Part shown: positions 1 to 7,034 of the stretch, in pieces
Layout of the letters: every line of letters begins with the position of its first letter
Position numbering within the stretch: the stretch's first letter is position 1
Source: Promethearchaeota archaeon
GTDB taxonomy: Archaea > Asgardarchaeota > Lokiarchaeia > Sigyniarchaeales > SOKP01
Assembly (NCBI GenBank): GCA_048940645.1
Contig: JBHLOI010000072.1
Coordinates: 1 to 15,304 of the forward strand
Direction of reading: 5' to 3'
Length of the DNA: 15,304 bases
The notes under the pieces: model-generated
What the model was told of the DNA's origin: nothing
The model's database searches: none
What the model saw: the letters and a program-made list of their open reading frames with translations, nothing else
Made by a program: the position numbers and the translations under genes

Positions 1-200
1 AGTTCATTGGCGACCCTGAACCCGCATTGCATTGCGGCATAAGGGTTTGATTCATCACGGTCAGCTTTGACAACCATCCCACCGGAGCATTTTGCGAAGG
101 TTTCAGCTCCGCTGAGGTCGGTTGCAGTGACGATGGTATTGTTATATGATGAGAAGATATGGATCATTGCCCATTTCATTTCATCTCGTTTAGTACTCAA
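1..200 (-). CDS. rps11: 30S ribosomal protein S11 (uS11), 5' part; runs off the window edge
   Basis: Not in the ORF track. Manual translation from TTG at 200: [58 protein letters not shown], the archaeal/eukaryotic uS11 signature. GGTGA Shine-Dalgarno at 207-211; follows S13-S4. Confidence 0.96.
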   Translation of the reverse strand, partial: MSTKRDEMKWAMIHIFSSYNNTIVTATDLSGAETFAKCSGGMVVKADRDESNPYAAMQCGFRVANE

Positions 201-217
201 TTATATTCACCATAATT

Positions 218-715
218 TTATTCTTTAATTTGGGCATATGGGCTTTTTGCAGCAAATCGGATTAAGTCTTCTTCGTCTCGTTTTACGATGTAGGAAGGGG
301 AATTAATTAGTTTTTCTCCGATGGCGATATGTTTATGTACAATTTTTTGTCTGGCTTCATACACAGTAGTTGCAAGTCCTTTTTCAAAAACTAATGTTTG
401 TAATCTTCTTTTAAGGACATCCTCTACAGTTAGTAGGAGAATATCTTCAAACTCTGCTTCTGGCCCAAGAATTCCTAATCTATTCAATTTTTTAATTAAT
501 TCTTGTTGAGCTTCAAGAGCTTGTTCTTTTGTTAATGTTCTGGATTCGCGCGCGAGTTTTCTCCAATTCCCGATCATTGTTCGCATTTTCCAGAATTCTC
601 GTTTATTTCTAAGGCCGTATTTTCCTAAAAATTCAAGTTCTTCTAGAATTCTTTCTTTGCTATAGGGGGCTTTTGGTTTTTTAAATTTTTTTTTTAAGCG
701 TCGTGGATCTCCCAT
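218..715 (-). CDS. rps4: 30S ribosomal protein S4 (uS4)
   Basis: MGDPRR N-terminus, YGLRNKRE, RRLQTLV and ARQxIVHxHI motifs. Start moved from 760 to ATG 715, which is preceded by GGTGA and removes the overlap with rps13. Confidence 0.96.
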   Translation of the reverse strand: MGDPRRLKKKFKKPKAPYSKERILEELEFLGKYGLRNKREFWKMRTMIGNWRKLARESRTLTKEQALEAQQELIKKLNRLGILGPEAEFEDILLLTVEDVLKRRLQTLVFEKGLATTVYEARQKIVHKHIAIGEKLINSPSYIVKRDEEDLIRFAAKSPYAQIKE

Positions 716-725
716 TGTTATCACC

Positions 726-1211
726 TTATCTTTGTCCTTTCTTTCTGCGTACAACTCCAACGACTAATCCATGCCGTCCTGTGCTTTTAGTTCTTTGTCC
801 TCTTACTTTTAATCTTAGGTGGTGTCGAACGCCTTTATAACTTTTAATTTTTTTCATGCGATCTATGTCTTTTTTCACTTCTAATTCTAATTTATTCCCA
901 ATGAGATGGATATTTTCACCAGTTCTTAAGTCTTTTTTTCTATTTACCATCCAAGAGGGAATGCCATTCTCGCCGGGATTTAATATGATTTCCTCAATTC
1001 TATTTATGTCTTTTTCTGGGAGAGCACCTATTCTTGAGTGAGGGTTAATTTCAGCTATCTTAACTATTGCTTGAGCTATCCTTCTTCCAACTCCCCTTAT
1101 TTGAGTTAAACCATGTTCAACTTTTGCATTACCATCAACTTGAGACCTTAGTTTTCTGAAAAATACTTTTTCACGAAAATTTTTGGGTCTAATTGGAGAT
1201 ATAGAACTCAT
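726..1211 (-). CDS. rps13: 30S ribosomal protein S13 (uS13)
   Basis: LTQIRGVGRR, IPSWMVNRKKD and YKGVRH..LKVRGQRTKSTGR motifs of archaeal uS13. Confidence 0.97.
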   Translation of the reverse strand: MSSISPIRPKNFREKVFFRKLRSQVDGNAKVEHGLTQIRGVGRRIAQAIVKIAEINPHSRIGALPEKDINRIEEIILNPGENGIPSWMVNRKKDLRTGENIHLIGNKLELEVKKDIDRMKKIKSYKGVRHHLRLKVRGQRTKSTGRHGLVVGVVRRKKGQR

Positions 1212-1325
1212 TTTAATTCCAAATAAATATTAATGATATACTTTTTAATGTGAAATTTAATATTAATTTTATGGTTTAGAATAGAAGAAAGAAGATTTCG
1301 AGATAATTTCATATATCACATAATT

Positions 1326-2819
1326 TTAGTAAATAGGCGTTCTTTTTTCTTCGCCTTCTTTTTTAGCGATATGTTTGGAGCATTTATTTCTTTTTGAATT
1401 GGCAATTTTTTCAACCATTGGTAATCCAGGTTGAACTTCTGTAATCTCTTTAAATTCGATCAAATCATTTTTTATTAATCCATCAAATAATTCTTTTCCT
1501 TTTGGTGTTCGTATTATAACGGTATTCCAGCCTGATGGCGCTCCAATTGAACCAACTGATATATCAGCTGACTCAGAGGTTAAATCAAAACACATTTCAC
1601 AATCTTCTCTTGCTAAGTGAGATATCTCTTTAATTGGGATTGATAATTGTTTTCCCTCATGAGTGTAAACAAAAAATTTGCCTTTATTGATATCGGATTT
1701 TCGAACATTGTTAATATTTACACTTAAAGTTTCGCAGATTTTTAATAGGGATTCATAAGAAAATGATTCCATGCAAAAAATACCGATTCTATATTTTACT
1801 TTATTTAATGAGGGAATTCCAATATTATAGATTTCTGATTTTAACAAAGCTTGCATCATGCAAGGAACTCCAACAATCGCTAAATTGCTGGAATTTTCAT
1901 TTAATTTATTTAATAAGCTGAGGGTAGGATTATTGACGTATTTTGTTCCGGCAGCTTTCAATATATCTTCTTTACTTTTAATTAATAGAGGTTCTGGACG
2001 CCACAGAGTTCGACTCATTTGGGCTCCTAATGCAATATCAATTTCATTTCTTTCAAACAAAAAATGGAGACACGTACTTGTAATTCCACCATCTTGACAT
2101 ACTTCAGAAATTTCCTTGATTTTAGTTCTTGCTGAATATACCTCTAGATAATGACCTATTTTAGGAAAATTTTCTAATTTAGAAGTGTTCTTTTGAGTCA
2201 TATTTAACAATTTTACAGGTAAATATGTTCTTGGGCAAAAATAATAACATAAACCGCATCTTATACATTTATCTTCCTCAATTTTTCCAAACCCATTATA
2301 AATATTTATACAATTAACTGGACAGATACCAGCACACAATCCACATCCAGAACAATTATTAGTTTCATAAATAACTTTTACTGGCTCATAAATAGATTTA
2401 ACCTCAGAAGAAATTACATGTAAACTACTAACTAATAAATCCTTAATGGCTAAATCACTAGAGTTTCCTTCATTAGGATCAACATTGTTATAAATATAAT
2501 CAACCTTGATTAGTCCCTCATTTCTCAATAACTCTAAAAAGCTTAGAGTTTTTTTAATATCAATTGAATTTTCTTTAGAATATTGTTTTAAGGATTTAAG
2601 ATTATGAGTTTCTTCAGTATTTAAATAGTTAAATAGGGAATATTTCATTCTTTCTTCATCAATCATCTGAAAAAGTATTTGATAATATTGATCTTCATCA
2701 TAAATACCAGAACTAATAATATCATTTTTGGCATCTATTAGATTACGTATCCTATATGAATCTAAAGTATCTGCTATAACCTTTAAAAAGTTCCATGAAA
2801 TAGTTCCTTTTGATTCCAT
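1326..2819 (-). CDS. Coenzyme F420 hydrogenase/dehydrogenase beta-subunit family protein (FrhB/FpoF-like) with 2x[4Fe-4S] domain and ~150-aa N-terminal extension
   Basis: CSGCGLCAGICP and CIRCGLCYYFCP ferredoxin motifs; QDGG, GTKY, VGVPC, IGIFCMESF and CxxCxD..ADISVG FrhB motifs. ATG 2819 preferred over TTG 2852; start uncertain. Confidence 0.88.
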   Translation of the reverse strand: MESKGTISWNFLKVIADTLDSYRIRNLIDAKNDIISSGIYDEDQYYQILFQMIDEERMKYSLFNYLNTEETHNLKSLKQYSKENSIDIKKTLSFLELLRNEGLIKVDYIYNNVDPNEGNSSDLAIKDLLVSSLHVISSEVKSIYEPVKVIYETNNCSGCGLCAGICPVNCINIYNGFGKIEEDKCIRCGLCYYFCPRTYLPVKLLNMTQKNTSKLENFPKIGHYLEVYSARTKIKEISEVCQDGGITSTCLHFLFERNEIDIALGAQMSRTLWRPEPLLIKSKEDILKAAGTKYVNNPTLSLLNKLNENSSNLAIVGVPCMMQALLKSEIYNIGIPSLNKVKYRIGIFCMESFSYESLLKICETLSVNINNVRKSDINKGKFFVYTHEGKQLSIPIKEISHLAREDCEMCFDLTSESADISVGSIGAPSGWNTVIIRTPKGKELFDGLIKNDLIEFKEITEVQPGLPMVEKIANSKRNKCSKHIAKKEGEEKRTPIY

Positions 2820-2853
2820 CTTTCTAATATTAATAATTAATCTAATTTTCAAT

Positions 2854-2924
2854 TCCGAAAGCTCATGCTATGAGTTAGTTTCCTCCCAACTATAATTTTT
2901 TTGGCAGGATCATCCTACTTCGGA
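2854..2924 (-). promoter_or_regulatory. Candidate SECIS-like RNA element in the 3' UTR of vhuD
   Basis: Minus strand reads UAG-G-AUGA-UCCUGCCAA-[AAAAAUUAUAG]-UUGGGAGGA-AA-CUA: AUGA, a 9-position stem (8 pairs, one G-G) and an A-rich loop directly after a gene with two in-frame UGAs. It is flanked by an outer helix (2918-2924 with 2854-2860) and a 5-bp side hairpin (2862-2874). The 3' core reads AA rather than canonical GA in the best register. Confidence 0.6.
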
Positions 2925-3349
2925 TTAATTTTTTGTTTAGGTAGAGGTGGGAGTTCATTGATTTTAGTTGTTATATCTGCTACTGATTGGATGAATTTTT
3001 CCACTTCTGCTGCTGAACAGAAATATTGCTGAATTCTGTTTTCTGAAATCCCCAAACGGTTAAATAACCGTCTCAAGAACTTTACATGCTCATAAGTATT
3101 AAGATTACCACTACCATATTCACATTCTCCTTCTTTTCATGATATAATAGCCACTCCATCAGCACCGTTTAAAAAACACTCCATAATTAAATGAATACCA
3201 ACTCTTCCTGTACATCTAACTCTAATTAAATGAAAATCAGTTGAATAAGTTCTTCTCGTAGTTCCAGTTAAGTCCGCAGCAGAATAACCTCATTTGTCAC
3301 ATCCAAAAGCAATAATTTTTCTAAAATTCTTATTTTCTGTACTAACCAT
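2915..3349 (-). CDS. vhuD: Selenocysteine-containing hydrogenase iron-sulfur subunit MvhD/VhuD (144 aa, 2 Sec)
   Basis: Missed by the ORF track. Translation: MVSTENKNFRKIIAFGCDKUGYSAADLTG...IRVRCTGRV...NGADGVAIISUKEGECEYGSGN...RIQQYFCSAAEVEKF...PK then TAG. TGA at 3290-3292 and 3137-3139 align to Cys in CCNWC and SGCHIGDC of the paralog at 10143. GAGGT Shine-Dalgarno upstream. Confidence 0.93.
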
Positions 3350-3370
3350 ATGAATTTACCTCTATTTTAT

Positions 3371-5368
3371 TTAATCTTCCTCGATTTTAGGTGCATCTTG
3401 AATGGATTTGATTTCGCTACTACTGATTCCTTTAATTTCTTCAATGAATTGTTTGTCTCTATAGTATTTTAGGTCAATCGCTCTTGCGGGACACGATGTA
3501 GAACACACACCACAGCCTTTACATTTCAAATCATCTACAATTGCAATATTGTTTTCACCTACTTTTATTGCTTCATAATAACACAATTTTTCACACCTAT
3601 GGCACCCCATACAAAGTTCTTCTTTCACTTCTGCAATCAGTAATTCTTGATTTATAGTATCGTGGGAAAGTAGAGTAGCAGCCTTACTTGCTGCCGCTAA
3701 AGCTGTTGATACTGAATAAGGGATGTTTTTTGGTCCAGCTGCAGTCCCACATATGTAAATTCCCATACTATTTGTTTCTTGTGGGCTTAAACATCCATGA
3801 ATTTCTGTTAAAAATCCATTTGGACCTTTTCCTAGACCCATTATATCTATAATTTCAATAGTACCTTTTGAAGGTATCATACCTGTAGATAGTACAACTA
3901 AATCAGCATCGTGTTTAATTATATCACCTGTTAATGATGAAAATGCCCTAATTTTAAGTTTTTTCGTTTCAGGGTCTTCTAATATTTCTCCAACCTTTCC
4001 TCGAATCATTCTTATTCCCGTATCTCTTATTCTTCTATAATATTCTTCGTTTCCTTTATCTGTTGTCCTAATATCAATATAAAATAAAACTACATCCATA
4101 TCAGGATACTCTTGTTTTAATAATTGCGCATTTTTAAGAGCGACATTACAACACACTCCAGAGCAATAGGGAAGTTCTTTTACTGATCTTGAACCAACAC
4201 ATTGAATCATTACAATCGTATTTGGAATTTCTCCATTAGAAATTCTATACACATGACCATCAGTTGGACCAATAGGGCTTAACATCCGTTCCAGTTCAAT
4301 TTGAGTGATCACGTCAGGATATAATCCATAGTTATATTCATTAGTTTCGATAATTGGGTATTCATCATAACCTGTCGCAATTATTACAGCTCCCACATTT
4401 ATATCAATATATTGTGGTTCTTGATTAAAATCAACTGCTTCAGCTGGGCAGACACGTTCGCAATTTTTGCAGTCAATGCAAACAGATTTGTCAATTACAG
4501 CGTACTTTGGTACAGCTTGAGGGAATGGAATGTAAATTGCACCCCTATCACCGATCCCTCTATTGAATTCGTCGGGTACTTTTATGGGACATTTGCTTGT
4601 GCATAATCCGCAACCAGTACACCTACTTTCATCAATATAACGAGGATTTTTTCTTATTTTAACTTTATAATTACCAGGAATTCCGCTAAATTCGGTAATA
4701 TCACTATATGTATATAAATTTATATTTGGTTGCTTTGAAGCATTAACCATTATTGGAGCAAGTACTCATATTCCACAATCATCAGTTGGATAAATCCTAT
4801 CTAATTGTGCCATTTTACCACCAATAGTAGGTTCTTTTTCAACTAGATATACATTTATTCCTTGGTTCGCTAAATCTAATGCTGCATTCATTCCAGCAAT
4901 TCCAGCACCAATTACTAAAGCTGCTCGTTCTACGGGAATAATTTTTCGGGGAATATTCTCTAACTCGCGAGAACGGTTTATTCCTGCTATAACTAGTCTT
5001 ATAGCCTTTTCAGTAGCACCCCTCTTATCATCTCCATGTACGAATGAACAATGTTCACGTAAATTAACCATCTGAAAATAGTAAGGGCTTAAACCGGCCT
5101 CAATTAAAACGGCACGATAGGTTGGTTCATGAATTTTTGGAGTACACGCAGCAACAACAATACGATTTAAATCTAACTCTAGAATATCATTTTTGATTAT
5201 TTTCTGTCCAGGATCACTACAAGTAAAGTCATTTACTCTAACTATTGCGACATTTGGGAGATGTTCAACAGCATCTTTCACAGCATCGCAATCTACCGTA
5301 GCTCCTATATTTACTCCTCACCTGCATACATAAACGCCTATTCTAACAATGGTCTGTTTATCAGACAT
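3371..5368 (-). CDS. hdrA: Selenocysteine-containing heterodisulfide reductase subunit A (665 aa, 2 Sec)
   Basis: Joins track ORFs 4766..5281 and 3371..4750 plus an upstream segment in one frame: MSDKQTIVRIGVYVCRUGVNIG (TGA 5318-5320; paralog RIGVLICHCGINIG) and PTDDCGIUVLAPIM (TGA 4766-4768; paralog PTNDCSLCILAPKM). GAGIAG FAD motif, QCVGSR, YCSGVCC and four CxxCxxCxxxC motifs. GGTGA Shine-Dalgarno at 5374-5378. Confidence 0.95.
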
Positions 5369-5403
5369 TTATGTCACCCTAGTATTCTTTCACCTTGATT
5401 TAT

Positions 5404-5421
5404 TTGGTTTTAAATTTAACG
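5404..5421 (-). promoter_or_regulatory. Putative BRE-TATA promoter for the Sec-hdrA operon
   Basis: Minus strand CGTTAAA-TTTAAAA-CCAA about 40 nt upstream of the hdrA ATG. AT-rich background limits certainty. Confidence 0.4.
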
Positions 5422-5442
5422 ATTTAAATATAATGATTAATT

Positions 5443-5701
5443 AAAAAAAGGAAATAATTTATTCTTTCTGATTAGACTATATAATTCTAATATTAAATAA
5501 GAAAAAGTCTCAAAACTACAATCTTTCCTATTGGTTTTAAATTTTTTAAAGATAACAACAGGGGAAAAGACATATTGAATAATAGAGCACAGTAAACTCT
5601 ATATCAAAATTTTTTATAGAACTCTGCGCTTATTACCTTTATTTTCATACTGAATTACCATTATTAAAACTAATCAGAAAAAATAAATTCATTCCCTTTT
5701 T
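5443..5701 (-). ncRNA. Candidate structured RNA (~260 nt, long stem with two terminal hairpins), family unknown
   Basis: 5445-5475 pairs with 5670-5701 (29 Watson-Crick, 2 G-U, one bulge), continued by 5481-5500 with 5639-5658. Hairpins at 5580-5635 and 5522-5570. In-helix mismatches are C-A on plus and G-U on minus. Ends in a U7 run; TATA-like sequence at 5723-5733. Confidence 0.55.
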
Positions 5702-5753
5702 ATCATATTCAAAGTGATTCAATATAATATATAGTAAGAATTAAAATATTTTA

Positions 5754-7034
5754 GTGAAGCGTATAACAGAAATCAATGAAAAAGGTAATTCTGAGCAATC
5801 CATAGAGAATTCAGAGTTATATTTAAACAAGATTTACGAGCCGAACTTAAGAAAATTATTGAGTAAATGTTATCAATGTGTTCGTTGTAGTGGTGTATGC
5901 CAACTTAGCAAAGTTCAAAGTTTTATCCCTAGTGTAATCATTCAACGAATATTAGAAGGCTCTGAAGATAAAGTAATCAGTAGTGGTGTATTATGGGATT
6001 GTTTAACATGTAATAGCTGTCTTCAGAATTGTCCCGAAGATATAAATTTTGCTGATATTGTAAGAAATGCAAAATATAAAATGAAAAATTATTATAAACA
6101 AAATCCCGAGGAATTCGTCGCACATAAAGGGGTTTATACTACTATATCAGAAATATTGAGTGAGCCTTATATCCAACCGAACAAAAATCTTGATTGGGTT
6201 CCAAAAGAATGTAAAATTTCAGATAGAGGGGATATTCTGTATTTCGTAGGTTGCATGCCTTATTTTAAATTTGAATTCCAAGAAGTAGATCCAATTCCTA
6301 TAAGCTCACTTAAAATTTTGTGTCAAATTGAAAAACGTCCAATTGTTGTTCTTAAAGATGAGGTTTGTTGCGGACACGACTTGTACTGGGGATTAGGAAA
6401 TTTTGAGGCTTTTATTAAATTAGCAAAGAAAAATTACGACTTATTTGAAAAGTCAGGAGTTTCAACAATTATTACATCTTGCGCAGAAGGTTATAGGACC
6501 TTTAAAGTGGAGTATCCAAAACTATTTGAAGATTTTGATAAAAAATTTGAAGTGAAACACATAATTGAGTATATATATGAAAAACTTAAACAAGGTAAGA
6601 TTGAGTTAAAAGCTCCAGATGAAGGTGACATAAATATTCAGTTTACTTATCACGATCCTTGTCGGTTAAGCAGATTCCTACCAAAATCTAATAATCTTTT
6701 AGAAAAATTAAGGGAAATTTTTAACTTATTGGAGGGATCAGGTTATTCTTTCAAAGAAATGACACACAATAAAGAGAATGCATTATGTTGTGGGGTTAGT
6801 TCATGGATGAATTGTAATACTCGATCGAAAGCTCTTAGATATAGTCGCCTCTTGGAAGCTAAAAAAGCAGGTTCAACTTTAGTTACATCATGTCCAAAAT
6901 GTATAATTCACCTCTCGTGCCTTCAAAAGGATTACGATGATTTATCTTCTATAGAAATTAAAGATTTTTCTGAGCTTATGGTAAATTTAATTCATGTAAT
7001 TGATTTAAAAAATAATGGAGAAGTTAAATCATAA
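5754..7034 (+). CDS. HdrC-HdrB fusion (HdrD/GlpC-like Fe-S oxidoreductase with two CCG domains)
   Basis: CYQCVRCSGVC and CLTCNSCLQNCP clusters, then FVGC, EVCCG, SCAEG, YHDPC, LCCG and SCPKC. Stop overlaps the next start (TAATG). GTG start uncertain. Confidence 0.88.
   Translation: MKRITEINEKGNSEQSIENSELYLNKIYEPNLRKLLSKCYQCVRCSGVCQLSKVQSFIPSVIIQRILEGSEDKVISSGVLWDCLTCNSCLQNCPEDINFADIVRNAKYKMKNYYKQNPEEFVAHKGVYTTISEILSEPYIQPNKNLDWVPKECKISDRGDILYFVGCMPYFKFEFQEVDPIPISSLKILCQIEKRPIVVLKDEVCCGHDLYWGLGNFEAFIKLAKKNYDLFEKSGVSTIITSCAEGYRTFKVEYPKLFEDFDKKFEVKHIIEYIYEKLKQGKIELKAPDEGDINIQFTYHDPCRLSRFLPKSNNLLEKLREIFNLLEGSGYSFKEMTHNKENALCCGVSSWMNCNTRSKALRYSRLLEAKKAGSTLVTSCPKCIIHLSCLQKDYDDLSSIEIKDFSELMVNLIHVIDLKNNGEVKS

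Noticed and set aside
1212-1325. Possible SECIS after the frhB-like gene (AUGA...AAA on minus)
   Set aside because: No complementary 3' arm could be found; more likely terminator/promoter sequence for the ribosomal cluster.
3371-5281. Two separate genes 3371..4750 and 4766..5281 from the ORF track
   Set aside because: Same frame, separated only by one TGA and five sense codons that match the HdrA CxxC-ILAP motif.
2915-5368. hdrA and vhuD as pseudogenes, or TGA reassigned to Trp/Gly
   Set aside because: All four interruptions are TGA, in frame and at conserved Cys columns, with no frameshifts or other stops. Trp is encoded by TGG elsewhere in the window.
5443-5701. SRP RNA, RNase P RNA or tRNA-Sec
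   Set aside because: The Y-shape recalls the SRP S-domain, but there are no GNRA-capped helices 6/8, no RNase P GAGGAAAGUCC motif, no cloverleaf, and the sequence is very AT-rich.
5445-5701. MITE with terminal inverted repeats
   Set aside because: No evident target-site duplication or transposase, and strand-biased G-U pairing favours RNA structure. Not fully excluded without a genome-wide copy search.
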